Assembly: GCA_903829945.1 (NCBI GenBank) | Contig: CAIKRV010000063.1 | Coordinates: forward strand, 26,502-90,501 | Source of the DNA: an uncultured bacterium | GTDB lineage: Bacteria > Bacteroidota > Bacteroidia > CAILMK01 | Length of the DNA: 64,000 nt | Direction: 5' to 3' | Shown: one piece after another, positions 1-10,281 of the stretch | How positions within the stretch are numbered: position 1 is the first letter of the stretch | How the letters are laid out: each line of letters starts with the position of its first letter | Notes under the pieces: model-generated | The model's input: only the letters and a program-made list of their open reading frames with translations | Databases searched by the model: none | What the model was told of the DNA's origin: nothing | Translations under genes and position numbers: made by a program

Positions 1-1987
1 TAATGAAACCTTCATCCAATACTTGCAATAAAATATTATAAACATCCGGATGCGCCTTTTCAATTTCATCTAAAAGAATAACAGCATATGGTTTGCGTCT
101 TACTTTTTCAGTAAGTTGTCCGCCTTCTTCATAACCAATATATCCGGGAGGCGCTCCTACCAATCTGGATACTGCAAATTTTTCCATATACTCACTCATG
201 TCTATGCGTATCAGAGCATCATCCGTATCAAATAAGTATTTGGATAAAATTTTAGCTAATTCAGTTTTTCCGACCCCGGTAGGACCCAAAAAGATAAATG
301 AACCTATAGGGCGATTGGGATCTTTCAAACCGGCACGGGTTCTTTGGATGGCTTTGGTAAGTTTTGCAATTGCCTCACTTTGTCCCACCACGCCTGCTTG
401 CAATTCCGCTTCCATGTTCAATAAACGAACACCTTCGCTTTGCGCAATACGCTTGGTAGGAATACCGGTCATCATACCAACCACTTCAGCAATATCTTCT
501 TCATTGACGACGAAGCGTTGCTTTTTAGTTTCTTCCTCCCACTCTTTTTTAGCCGTTTCCAATTGTTCTATCAGTTGCTTTTCCTTATCTCTAAGTTTAG
601 CCGCCTCTTCGTACTGCTGACTTTTAACAACTTTATTTTTCTGTACTTTTATTTCCTCAATCTTTTTTTCCAATTCCAATACATTGGCAGGAACGTGAAT
701 ATTGGTAATATGTACTCTTGCGCCGGCTTCATCCAATACATCAATGGCCTTATCCGGAAGATAGCGATCACTGATATATCTTTCACTCATTTTTACACAA
801 GCATCAAGAGCAGCCTGGGTATATTCCACCCCGTGATGGTCTTCGTACTTTTCCTTAATATTATTTAAGATTTCAAAAGTTTCTTCCGCAGAAGCAGGAT
901 TAACCATTACTTGTTGGAATCTTCTTTCTAAGGCACCATCTTTTTCAATGTATTGTCGATATTCATCCAAAGTGGTAGCACCAATACATTGGATATCACC
1001 ACGTGCAAGGGCAGGTTTGAACATATTAGAGGCATCCAAACTACCACTGGCCCCACCGGCACCTATTATAGTATGTATTTCATCAATAAATAAAATAACA
1101 TCAGGATTCTTTTCCAATTCATTCATTACGGCCTTCATACGCTCTTCAAACTGACCGCGATATTTGGTACCTGCCACCAGTGAAGCCAAATCCAGCGTAA
1201 CGATTCGTTTATTAAATAAAACCCTGGAAACTTTCCTTTGTACAATTCTTAAGGCCAAACCTTCGGCAATGGCTGTTTTACCTACGCCGGGCTCACCGAT
1301 TAAAATTGGATTGTTTTTCTTACGGCGACTTAATATTTGTGATACGCGTTCAATTTCTTTTTCGCGACCAACAATCGGATCTAATTTTCCTTCTTCAGCA
1401 GCTTTGGTCAAATCCCTGCCAAAATTATCCAATACCGGAGTTTTGGACTTCACGTCCGTTTTGCGACTGACATTACCATAACCTCCGCCTTTCTCAGATT
1501 CGCGATTATATTCTTCTTCTGAAGAATCAGCCGGATATTCAGATTTGGGTGCATAGAAATTTTCTTCCAATTGCTCTTTAAAAATTTCATAAGTTACTGC
1601 GAACTGATGCATGATTTGTGCAGCAATATTGTCTTCATCGCGCAATACGCTGAGCAATAAATGTTCGGTACCTATAATGTCGCTTTTAAATATTTTGGCT
1701 TCTAAATATGTAACCTTCAACACTTTCTCTGCCTGCTTGGTAAGTGGAATATTTCCGGTTATATTTTTGTGTGTTGCGGTATTACGGATGGCATCTTCTA
1801 CAGATTTTTTAAGACGAATTAAATCCACTTCCAAAGTTCGGAGGGTCTTAATTGCCTTGCCTTCCCCTTCCCTGATAAGTCCGAGCAACAAGTGTTCGGT
1901 ACCTATATAATCATGCCCAAGACGTATCGCTTCTTCTCTGCTGTAACTGATAACATCTCTGACGCGGGGTGAAAATTTTGCTTCCAT
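1..1987 (-). CDS. clpC: ATP-dependent Clp protease ATP-binding subunit ClpC (3' end runs off window start)
   Basis: Missing from the ORF track; read by hand on the - strand. ATG at 1987 gives [37 protein letters not shown] (Clp_N), then Walker A GEPGVGKT and a second AAA motif [12 protein letters not shown]. The + strand ORFs here are its antisense shadow. Confidence 0.95.
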   Translation of the reverse strand, partial: MEAKFSPRVRDVISYSREEAIRLGHDYIGTEHLLLGLIREGEGKAIKTLRTLEVDLIRLKKSVEDAIRNTATHKNITGNIPLTKQAEKVLKVTYLEAKIFKSDIIGTEHLLLSVLRDEDNIAAQIMHQFAVTYEIFKEQLEENFYAPKSEYPADSSEEEYNRESEKGGGYGNVSRKTDVKSKTPVLDNFGRDLTKAAEEGKLDPIVGREKEIERVSQILSRRKKNNPILIGEPGVGKTAIAEGLALRIVQRKVSRVLFNKRIVTLDLASLVAGTKYRGQFEERMKAVMNELEKNPDVILFIDEIHTIIGAGGASGSLDASNMFKPALARGDIQCIGATTLDEYRQYIEKDGALERRFQQVMVNPASAEETFEILNNIKEKYEDHHGVEYTQAALDACVKMSERYISDRYLPDKAIDVLDEAGARVHITNIHVPANVLELEKKIEEIKVQKNKVVKSQQYEEAAKLRDKEKQLIEQLETAKKEWEEETKKQRFVVNEEDIAEVVGMMTGIPTKRIAQSEGVRLLNMEAELQAGVVGQSEAIAKLTKAIQRTRAGLKDPNRPIGSFIFLGPTGVGKTELAKILSKYLFDTDDALIRIDMSEYMEKFAVSRLVGAPPGYIGYEEGGQLTEKVRRKPYAVILLDEIEKAHPDVYNILLQVLDEGFI

Positions 1988-2070
1988 TTTTTGATATGCT
2001 ACTATTTTACTTTGTTATTCACCTAATATAAGGCTTCTTAAATTCCTTTACAATTTGAGTGCTACAATTG

Positions 2071-2078
2071 CAAATGTA
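2071..2078 (-). promoter_or_regulatory. Bacteroidota sigma70 -7 box (TACATTTG) for clpC
   Basis: Matches TAnnTTTG, ~85 nt upstream of the clpC ATG. Confidence 0.55.
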
Positions 2079-2408
2079 CTCACCTTTTTTGAAAATTGTT
2101 CCAAAATTTTTGATAAGTCATGATTAAGAATGAATTATGTAATAATATCCCTTTTAAATACCATGACTTATTGTCAGCCTTTTCTTTTTTAAATTTAGTT
2201 TGAACATTCATATTATTAACGAAAAATTAGCCCTTATCATATATTTTGATATTCTGAAAAATAGTTTTCGTTCTAAACATGTGCAAAGAAATATGGCACG
2301 GTAAAATAACTATATTCAGTGAAAGTTTTTCAAGCTTTTAATGCGTTAAACTTTGCGCTTTGTGCACAAAATAGTTTGATTTTAAGTAAATTTGGAAGTA
2401 TAAATTTA

Positions 2409-2417
2409 TTATCCACA
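2409..2417 (+). promoter_or_regulatory. Perfect DnaA box TTATCCACA upstream of dnaB
   Basis: Exact consensus 9-mer; a one-mismatch copy TAATTCACA follows at 2420-2428. Confidence 0.45.
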
Positions 2418-2527
2418 TTTAATTCACAATTAGGAATTTTCGTGTTCAAAAATTTAAAATAAACATTTTGGTGTTGTTTGGATGAGCAAGACATTAGATA
2501 TTTGTGCCCCCTTAAAAAAGATATAAA

Positions 2528-4042
2528 ATGGCAGAAGAGATAGGAAATACAATTAAGAAGTTTAGAAAACCCGGAACCAATACCGCTTTGTGGTCCGAAT
2601 TGGGGAAATTGCCACCACAAGCTATTGATTTAGAAGAAGCTGTTTTAGGTGCATTGATGTTGGAACGCGAAGCCATCAGTGTCACTATTGAAATTTTACA
2701 ATCTGAAAGTTTTTATAAACAAGAACATAAAGAAATTTATGCCGCTATTTTAAATCTTTTTTCAAAATCCCAGCCTATTGATATTCTTACAGTCACCCAA
2801 GAATTACGTTCTTTAGGAAAACTCGAACTTGCCGGTGGTGCATTTTATATCAGCGAATTAACCAACCGAGTAGGAAGTGCAGCCAATATTGAATACCATG
2901 CACGTATCGTTGCTCAAAAATTCATTTTAAGAAAATTAATTGAAGTGTCCTCCCATATTCAAACAGATGCCTTTGAGGAAACGACAGATGTATTTGAGCT
3001 TTTGGACCGTACTGAAAAGGAATTATTTAATATTACTGAACAGAATTTAAGAAATGCTTCCGACCCCATGTCTGTTTTAATTAATAAAGCAATTAAGCAG
3101 ATGGAGGAAATCAAGCACAATTCTGACGGCTTGAGTGGCATTGCTTCCGGATTTACAGAATTAGATAAACTTACCTCCGGTTGGCAACGTTCAGACTTAA
3201 TTATATTGGCGGCCCGTCCCGGTATGGGTAAAACTGCATTCGTGCTAAGTTTAGCTCGAAATGCAGCGGTCGATTTTAATAAACCGGTTGCCATCTTTTC
3301 ATTAGAAATGTCATCCATCCAATTGGTACAAAGACTGATATCTTCTGAAGCAGAAATTTCCGGCATGAAACTCAGAAATGGTGAAATGCAAGAATTTGAA
3401 TGGCAACAATTAAATACTAAAGTAACCAAATTATCTGCAGCTCCATTATATATAGATGATACCCCGGCATTGAATGTATTTGAATTGCGCGCCAAGTGTC
3501 GCCGATTGAAAGCACAATACAATATTGATATGGTCATCATTGATTACCTTCAATTAATGAGCGGAAATAAAGACGGCAGGTCCACAATGAACCGTGAACA
3601 AGAAATCAGTACTATTTCACGCTCCTTAAAAGGATTAGCCAAAGAACTTAATATCCCGGTGATTGCTTTATCACAGTTATCACGTGCAGCAGAACAAAGA
3701 GGCGGCAGTAAAAAACCGATTCTTTCCGACTTACGTGAATCGGGCTCTATTGAGCAGGATGCAGATCAGGTACTATTTATTTATAGACCTGAATATTATG
3801 GCATCGCAGAAGATGAGCAAGGATTACCAACGCCCGGTTTGGCAGAAATTATTGTTGCAAAAAACCGACATGGTGCCTTACAATCCGTAAAACTCAGATT
3901 TGAGGATAAATTTGCTCGATTTAAGGATTATGATGATTTCAGTTTCTCCACCGCCATTGATGATAGTCATCCGGGGGCTAACTTCAATGCCATTACCCGA
4001 GCATCAAAGATGAATGATGATGACGAGGAAATTCCGTTTTAA
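2528..4042 (+). CDS. dnaB: Replicative DNA helicase DnaB
   Basis: PPQAIDLEEAVLGALM N-terminus, Walker A AARPGMGKT, IIDYLQL, SQLSR, LSDLRESGSIEQDAD. Confidence 0.98.
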   Translation: MAEEIGNTIKKFRKPGTNTALWSELGKLPPQAIDLEEAVLGALMLEREAISVTIEILQSESFYKQEHKEIYAAILNLFSKSQPIDILTVTQELRSLGKLELAGGAFYISELTNRVGSAANIEYHARIVAQKFILRKLIEVSSHIQTDAFEETTDVFELLDRTEKELFNITEQNLRNASDPMSVLINKAIKQMEEIKHNSDGLSGIASGFTELDKLTSGWQRSDLIILAARPGMGKTAFVLSLARNAAVDFNKPVAIFSLEMSSIQLVQRLISSEAEISGMKLRNGEMQEFEWQQLNTKVTKLSAAPLYIDDTPALNVFELRAKCRRLKAQYNIDMVIIDYLQLMSGNKDGRSTMNREQEISTISRSLKGLAKELNIPVIALSQLSRAAEQRGGSKKPILSDLRESGSIEQDADQVLFIYRPEYYGIAEDEQGLPTPGLAEIIVAKNRHGALQSVKLRFEDKFARFKDYDDFSFSTAIDDSHPGANFNAITRASKMNDDDEEIPF

Positions 4043-4069
4043 GACCAAATGTGAAGGTAAATCAAATTA

Positions 4070-4387
4070 TTAATCTTCCATTTGTTCTAATAAATCATTT
4101 AATTCATTTAAGGTTTTTCGTTCTCCCAATTGTTGGGCTAAATCCACCCCTTTAAAAAGGAGCGCCTTGGCCTCCTCTATTTGTTGCATCTGGATTAATA
4201 ATAATGCACCTTGGTAATATACAGGCAAATAATCAGGATTTGAGCGAAGCAATTGCTCAAAATATTCCCATGCTTTGGGGAGATTTTCCGAATTCATATA
4301 TTCCAAACCGACAGCATAGGTTAGAAATGCATCATTGGGTTGGGATTCAAGCATCTTAAGCAAATTATCCAGTCTATTTATTTGCAT
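4070..4387 (-). CDS. Small TPR-repeat protein
   Basis: 105 aa; PNDAFLTYAVGLEY and PDYLPVYYQ TPR-like helices. Confidence 0.8.
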   Translation of the reverse strand: MQINRLDNLLKMLESQPNDAFLTYAVGLEYMNSENLPKAWEYFEQLLRSNPDYLPVYYQGALLLIQMQQIEEAKALLFKGVDLAQQLGERKTLNELNDLLEQMED

Positions 4388-4398
4388 ATATTTTTTAC

Positions 4399-4406
4399 TA
4401 CCTTTG
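4399..4406 (+). promoter_or_regulatory. -7 box (TACCTTTG) for etfBA
   Basis: TAnnTTTG 27 nt upstream of the etfB ATG. Confidence 0.7.
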
Positions 4407-4433
4407 CGGTAAATTTACAAACAGGAATTAAGC

Positions 4434-5171
4434 ATGAAAATTCTTCTTTGCGCAAGCAAAACTCCTGACACCACTGCAAAAATAAATTTTACGGCTGATA
4501 AAAAGGCATTAGATGCTAATGGTGTTCAATTTATATTAAATCCTTATGATGACCATGCCTTGGCCAGAGCCATGGACATCAAAGAAAAAAACAATTCCCA
4601 TTTAACCGTAATTCATGCCGGGGATGCCGGATCTGAAGCTATATTACGCCGTGCATTATCCATCGGTGCGGATGATTGTATTCGCATTAATTTGGAACCG
4701 GCCGATTCCTATACGGTTGCCCATGAAATTGCTCATGCCATCCAAGGTGAAAACTTTGATTTGATTTTTACCGGCAGGGAATCTATCGATTTTAACGGCT
4801 CTCAAGTATGTTCACTTCTGGGTGAAATGCTCAATATACCATCCATTGATTTTGTAACTGATATTCAAATTGAAGGAAACCTTGCCACCCTTAAGCGTTT
4901 TATTGATGGCGGTGAAGAAACCTTGCAGGTTAATCTTCCTATTGTTATCAGTGCTACCAAGGAATTGGCAGAACCACGCATTCCAAATATGCGTGGCATT
5001 ATGGCCTCTCGTACCAAACCCATTAAGGTTGTAGAACCCAGTGGGGATGCAGCATTAGTAATGTTGGAACAATTTGAACCACCGGTTGCTAAAACCGGTT
5101 GCACTTTTGTAGATGCTGCTGATGCCGCTAAACTTATTGACATTTTACATCAACAAGAAAAAGTTATTTAA
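4434..5171 (+). CDS. etfB: Electron transfer flavoprotein beta subunit
   Basis: LNPYDDHAL, LRRALSIGAD, GRESIDFNGSQV, EPRIPNMRGIM. Confidence 0.95.
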   Translation: MKILLCASKTPDTTAKINFTADKKALDANGVQFILNPYDDHALARAMDIKEKNNSHLTVIHAGDAGSEAILRRALSIGADDCIRINLEPADSYTVAHEIAHAIQGENFDLIFTGRESIDFNGSQVCSLLGEMLNIPSIDFVTDIQIEGNLATLKRFIDGGEETLQVNLPIVISATKELAEPRIPNMRGIMASRTKPIKVVEPSGDAALVMLEQFEPPVAKTGCTFVDAADAAKLIDILHQQEKVI

Positions 5172-5183
5172 TTTAAAATTATT

Positions 5184-6155
5184 ATGTCTGTTCTCGTTTA
5201 CGCTGAAAATATAGAAGGAAAATTTGGTAAGCCCGTTTTAGAAGCAACTACTTATGCTTATGATACGGCACAAAAATTAGGGACTTCAGTAACTGCAGTA
5301 GTTATTGGAGCAGCTGCTCCGGAAGAACTAAATAAATTAGGGCAGTACGGTGCTCAAAAAATATTACACATTTCTGATGCCAGATTTGATTCCTTTAATG
5401 TGGGTGCCCTTGCAAAAACGTTGCAGGAAGCGGCTCAAAAAGAATCTGCGGATGTGATTATAATGAGTGCTACTTTCAATGCCAAGGCTATTGCTCCACG
5501 CCTATCAGCTCGTATGAAAGCAGGATTGGTAAGTAATGCCATCGGACTTCCGGAAACAGGAAATGGTTTTCATGTAAAAAAAGCTGTTTATTCCGGAAAA
5601 GGATTTGGTCATTTTAATATTACCAGCGCAACTAAAATTTTAACCATCTCTATTAATTCTTATCATTTAAAAAATATTGGCGCAAGTGCAATTATTGAAT
5701 CTTGGACACCAAGTTTAAGTGACCAAGATTTCCCGGTTAAGGTCATTGAAACCAAAAGACAAAAAGGCAAAGTATCCCTTACGGAAGCAGAAATTGTAGT
5801 TTCCGGCGGACGTGGTATGAAGGGTCCTGAAAATTGGGGAATGATAGAAGAATTGGCGGACTTACTAGGAGCCGCTACAGCATGTTCAAAACCGGTTTCA
5901 GATATTGGATGGAGACCGCACAGCGAACACGTTGGCCAAACGGGATTAACCATTTCTCCCAACCTGTATTTTGCCATTGGTATTAGCGGTGCCATTCAGC
6001 ATTTGGCGGGGGTAAGTTCCAGTAAAATTATTGTTGCCATCAATAAAGACCCGGAAGCACCTTTCTTTAAAGCTGCGGATTATGGCATTGTTGGTGATGC
6101 TTTTGAAGTATTGCCACAATTAATTGCTGAAGTAAAAAAGATAAAAGCAAACTAA
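5184..6155 (+). CDS. etfA: Electron transfer flavoprotein alpha subunit
   Basis: VVSGGRG, VGQTG, GISGAIQHLAG, AINKDPEAPFF. Confidence 0.96.
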   Translation: MSVLVYAENIEGKFGKPVLEATTYAYDTAQKLGTSVTAVVIGAAAPEELNKLGQYGAQKILHISDARFDSFNVGALAKTLQEAAQKESADVIIMSATFNAKAIAPRLSARMKAGLVSNAIGLPETGNGFHVKKAVYSGKGFGHFNITSATKILTISINSYHLKNIGASAIIESWTPSLSDQDFPVKVIETKRQKGKVSLTEAEIVVSGGRGMKGPENWGMIEELADLLGAATACSKPVSDIGWRPHSEHVGQTGLTISPNLYFAIGISGAIQHLAGVSSSKIIVAINKDPEAPFFKAADYGIVGDAFEVLPQLIAEVKKIKAN

Positions 6156-6199
6156 TTTTCTTAATTTGCAATAACGAATAAGTGCAGGAATAAAATTCA

Positions 6200-6802
6200 A
6201 TGGAAAAAATACAATTACATATCCTTGGTATTTCATCAGGTCACACTTCCTCCTCCTATACACTTATTTTAGAAGAAACTGACGGTGAGCGAAAGTTACC
6301 CATTATTATCGGTGCTTTCGAGGCTCAGGCTATTGCCATAGAAATAGAAAAAATAGTTCCGGTGCGCCCTATGACCCATGATTTATTTTTTAATTTAGCC
6401 ACGGCCTTTCATTTAAAAATAAAAGAGGTACTGATTCATAAGTTGCAAGATGGCGTTTTTTATGCCAATATTGTTTGTACGGACGGGACCACCGAAGAAG
6501 AAATTGATGCCAGAACTTCCGATGCCATTGCTTTAGCATTGCGCTTTAAATGCCCTATCTATACTTACGAAGAAATCATGTCCGAAGCGGGTATAGTACT
6601 TGGAGATAATGATACTGAACCGGCCACAGGCGAAGCCGCTCCGGCTGCCCCTAGTGCTCCGAAGCCGAAAAAATCAAAGGATACACTTTCCTCCTATTCC
6701 ATAGAGGAATTAGAAAAAATGCTCGAAGAATCCTTAGATGAGGAAAATTATGTTTTAGCAGCTAAAATTCGTGACGAGATTAAGAAAAAACAAGACCATT
6801 AA
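6200..6802 (+). CDS. Bifunctional nuclease (DUF151/BFN) family protein with C-terminal UVR-like helix
   Basis: LPIIIGAFEAQAIA, RPMTHDL, DARTSDAIALALR; C-terminal ENYVLAAKIRDEI. Confidence 0.9.
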   Translation: MEKIQLHILGISSGHTSSSYTLILEETDGERKLPIIIGAFEAQAIAIEIEKIVPVRPMTHDLFFNLATAFHLKIKEVLIHKLQDGVFYANIVCTDGTTEEEIDARTSDAIALALRFKCPIYTYEEIMSEAGIVLGDNDTEPATGEAAPAAPSAPKPKKSKDTLSSYSIEELEKMLEESLDEENYVLAAKIRDEIKKKQDH

Positions 6803-7242
6803 TCTTGAAGATTTATCGGTAAAGCACCGATTTCCTCATATCCTTCCGTTGTTTTCTTAAAATAATAATGCACCATTCCATTGGTAATCCATAAAAAGGA
6901 AGCATTTAAATCCTTATTGTAAACACTTATTTGAAAGGCTGTTTCCTTGGAAATGCCCACCTGTGGTGCTTTACATTCCACCAATAAGGCCACTTTCATG
7001 GCTTGATTCCAGACCAAAATATCCGATCTTTTTTGTCGCTCTAAATATTTATTACCTTGCTCCAATTTTATGTAGAGCGGACTTATATTCAAATGATTTA
7101 TAAGGTAATGCACGACGTGTTGTCTGACCCATTCTTCGGGTTGCAAGACCACAAACTTTTTACGAAGTATATCATAAATGAATAGCTTCCCATCTTTTTG
7201 CTTTATTTTGCAGTCAAATACGGGGAGTTCTAATTTTAGCAT
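6799..7242 (-). CDS. Stand-alone type I restriction enzyme HsdR N-terminal-like domain protein
   Basis: PEEWVRQ, RSDI, VECKAP motif. Start moved to ATG 7242 because a TACCTTTG box lies at 7262-7269 (-). Confidence 0.8.
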   Translation of the reverse strand: MLKLELPVFDCKIKQKDGKLFIYDILRKKFVVLQPEEWVRQHVVHYLINHLNISPLYIKLEQGNKYLERQKRSDILVWNQAMKVALLVECKAPQVGISKETAFQISVYNKDLNASFLWITNGMVHYYFKKTTEGYEEIGALPINLQD

Positions 7243-7278
7243 AATTCCCTGATTACGATTACAAAGGTACATCTTTAC

Positions 7279-8271
7279 ATGAAAGCGGAATATTCTAAAC
7301 TCATATCATCTTTAAAAAGTAAAAAATTTGCTCCTATTTATTTCCTGCATGGAGAGGAGAATTTCTTTATTGATGATATAGCTGAATTCATTGAATCTCA
7401 CGCATTGAGCGAATCCGAAAAAAGCTTTAATCAACAAGTGTTGTACGGTAAAGAAATAGATGCCAATACGATTAAAAATGCGGCCATGCGTTACCCATTA
7501 ATGAGCCCGTACCAAGTGCTCATTATCAAGGAAGCGCAGCAAATTAAAAAATGGGATGAACTTGAAGTCTATTTCGAAAAACCGGTGGATACAACCATCC
7601 TGGTGATATGCTACAAATTTGGGAAATTTGATAAAAGAACCAAAGCTTATAAAGCCTTAGAAAAAGGCCCGGCGGTATTGTTTGAATCCAAAACCTTGGA
7701 AGAATCCAAAGTACCTGAATGGATTCATCAATACCTCGAAACCAGACAAAGGAAAATAAAAAAGCAGGCGGCTGATATCCTTACCGAATATCTTGGCAAT
7801 GACTTAGAAAAAATTGCCAATGCGATGGATAAAATCATCAATACCTCTGATGAAAACAAAGTTATTGATGAAAAGGATATTGAACAAAATGTTGGCATCA
7901 GTAGAGAATACAATATTTATGAGTTGCAAAAAGCCATCATCAATAAAGATATGTTAGCCTTTAGTAAAATTGTCAACTATATGGCCACACATACCAAGGA
8001 GCATCCCCTACCCATGGCCATCGGATTTTTTTATGGTTTCTTTTCTAAAGTTACTGCTATTCAATTAAAACGTACCCCGGCCAAAGACCTTGGCATTAAT
8101 GAATTCTTCTTTAAAGATTATCAAAAAGCAGCAGCCAATTATCCTAACAAAGGCAAATACATCATGTCCTTATTGCAAGATTATGATTTAAGATTTAAAG
8201 GCGTTAATGATACGGGTACAGATGACGGGGAATTGTTTAAAGAATTATTTTATAAAATTATTTACGCCTAG
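7279..8271 (+). CDS. holA: DNA polymerase III delta subunit
   Basis: PIYFLHGEENFFID, FNQQVLYGKE, VLIIKEAQ, GISREYNIYELQKA. Confidence 0.92.
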   Translation: MKAEYSKLISSLKSKKFAPIYFLHGEENFFIDDIAEFIESHALSESEKSFNQQVLYGKEIDANTIKNAAMRYPLMSPYQVLIIKEAQQIKKWDELEVYFEKPVDTTILVICYKFGKFDKRTKAYKALEKGPAVLFESKTLEESKVPEWIHQYLETRQRKIKKQAADILTEYLGNDLEKIANAMDKIINTSDENKVIDEKDIEQNVGISREYNIYELQKAIINKDMLAFSKIVNYMATHTKEHPLPMAIGFFYGFFSKVTAIQLKRTPAKDLGINEFFFKDYQKAAANYPNKGKYIMSLLQDYDLRFKGVNDTGTDDGELFKELFYKIIYA

Positions 8272-8280
8272 CGAGGCGAT

Positions 8281-10230
8281 TTATTTTCCTGAAATTAACA
8301 AAGCTTTCATTTGTTTGGCTTCTGTACTGCCGGGATTTCTTTTCAGAATTTTATTGAGTAAGGTGCTTGCTTCCATTTTATTATTATTATACAAGGCAAT
8401 TTTAACTTGATTTAATAAAGCCGGTTCATAATCGGCATCTAAGGCTAGGGCTTTGCTCAAATACTTATTTGCCATAATAATGTTTTCTTTTACCAAATAA
8501 TACAAAGCGTAAGCATTCCATCCCATGGCTGATTTTGGCTGCTCTGCAATTATAAATTTAAATTCCTTCTCGGCACTGCTATAATCATGCATCATCAAAT
8601 ACAAAGTGCCTGCTTGATTATGATACTCCAAATTGTACGGTTCAGCTTGCAAGGCTGCCTTAAAGTATTTCAAAGCAATATTATTTTCACCGATATTCAT
8701 CGCTGATTTTGCCGCTTGATAATTAGCCACGCCTTCTTTAAATGTTTTATTGCTTTGTATAGCAATTTTAACCACTGCCGGAAAATCCTCTCTCAAATAG
8801 TAATAATATATATAGGCTTCCGGTGCCAGAGTAACCGGATAAAAATTCAAATATTTATAGGCGGAATCGAGATTATATCTTTTATGATCGAACTTTTCAT
8901 AAAAAAACATATAGGCCTTAGCTATGCTTAATTTTTCCGGCTTTGGATTATCTAAACATTCCAAACCTTTAAATTTCCCAACTCCGATATTTTTTTTAGA
9001 GTGAGCATCACTTACATTTTTACGGATATAATGATCTGTAATGCTGACATGCGGAATATCTACAGCTCCTGATTTGGGCATATGACAAGTAACACAATTG
9101 TCCGCCTTTTCTTTGCGTTGCTTCAGGGATAACGTACACTCATTTTTATCTTGATGACAAGATTTACATTTATTATTAAAAAACTCATTTCCGGTTGCAC
9201 GAACACTTACATGCGGATTATGACAACTTATGCAATTGAGAGCCGCAGTGCGTGCATTCGTTTTATTACTTTGAATAAAACACTGACTCTTCTTCAATCG
9301 TTGGGCATGAGCAGCCATTAAAAAACCATTTTCATCTTCTTCATAAGTGGGAAGATAAATATCCATGACTTCGGATAATTTTAATCCCGGTCTAAAATCA
9401 AAAAATGATTTTCCGCTTTTCAAAACTGCATCCCCTTGCAAATGGCATCGCTGACAAATATCTATCTGCAATGCAAATGGAAGTTTCCTTGGATTTACTA
9501 TCGTAAAATCTGTATCCTTATTAATGTTTACTGTTTTCCCAAGTAATTTTTCGGCTACATGGATAGAACCTGGGCCATGACATCTTTCACAATCTATGCC
9601 TTCAGGAATTTTAGTATATTTATTAATGCTGCCTTGCACAAAACCTGGATATGCATTGTGACAACTTAAACATTCCAGTCCCAATTGTCTGTTAAATCTG
9701 GAATTATAACCGTTTTCGAAACCGGGCGGCAAATCTAATTTTTGTTTTTGCACATAAAAAGTAAAAGGCATTTGGTATAAATATCCGTTTACATCCATAA
9801 TATGGGAATTGGTATGATGACCACTACCGATAATATAACTTACACTTTCTGTGCGACTAAAAGAAGTATCCTTACCCGCTAATCGATATTCTTTCAGCTT
9901 TAAAATAGTATCTTGCCAATAAGGTTGATAATACAAATCGGCATAGGAATCATATAAAGGACTTATAGTCTCAAAATGGCCCTTACTTTTTTGTGGTGAA
10001 GCATGCGCAAAACTTTGCCCCATTCCTGTTTCAATAAATGTTTTATAAATATCAAAATGACATTTTTTGCAAGTATTAATACCCACGTATTTTGCACTAT
10101 CACCGGTATTGAGCCAAGTATGTGCGGGTGCTGTATCCTTTACTTTTTGCGGATGGCATCTCATGGCCGTCATTATAATCAATAATGCTGACAAACAAAA
10201 TCCTAAAGTAACTAAAATACGTTTATGCAT
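8281..10230 (-). CDS. Multiheme c-type cytochrome (7 CxxCH) with C-terminal TPR repeats
   Basis: CKKCH, CLSCH, CERCH, CQRCH, CISCH, CKSCH, CVTCH; N-terminal signal/anchor; TPR-like C-terminus. Confidence 0.88.
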   Translation of the reverse strand: MHKRILVTLGFCLSALLIIMTAMRCHPQKVKDTAPAHTWLNTGDSAKYVGINTCKKCHFDIYKTFIETGMGQSFAHASPQKSKGHFETISPLYDSYADLYYQPYWQDTILKLKEYRLAGKDTSFSRTESVSYIIGSGHHTNSHIMDVNGYLYQMPFTFYVQKQKLDLPPGFENGYNSRFNRQLGLECLSCHNAYPGFVQGSINKYTKIPEGIDCERCHGPGSIHVAEKLLGKTVNINKDTDFTIVNPRKLPFALQIDICQRCHLQGDAVLKSGKSFFDFRPGLKLSEVMDIYLPTYEEDENGFLMAAHAQRLKKSQCFIQSNKTNARTAALNCISCHNPHVSVRATGNEFFNNKCKSCHQDKNECTLSLKQRKEKADNCVTCHMPKSGAVDIPHVSITDHYIRKNVSDAHSKKNIGVGKFKGLECLDNPKPEKLSIAKAYMFFYEKFDHKRYNLDSAYKYLNFYPVTLAPEAYIYYYYLREDFPAVVKIAIQSNKTFKEGVANYQAAKSAMNIGENNIALKYFKAALQAEPYNLEYHNQAGTLYLMMHDYSSAEKEFKFIIAEQPKSAMGWNAYALYYLVKENIIMANKYLSKALALDADYEPALLNQVKIALYNNNKMEASTLLNKILKRNPGSTEAKQMKALLISGK

Positions 10231-10281
10231 GTATTAAATAAAACAGATATTGATGATGCTTGTTTTGATGCATACTGCCGC

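Noticed and set aside
198..1910. Five + strand ORFs in the track
   Set aside because: Antisense shadows of clpC. The same applies to the many short ORFs opposite dnaB, hppA, ettA, degP, exbB and others.
2294..2310. Sigma54 promoter (TGGCACG) upstream of dnaB
   Set aside because: No TTGC-like -12 element at the required spacing.
6799..7242. Restriction-modification system
   Set aside because: Only a lone HsdR N-terminal-like domain next to holA; no hsdM, hsdS or helicase domains.
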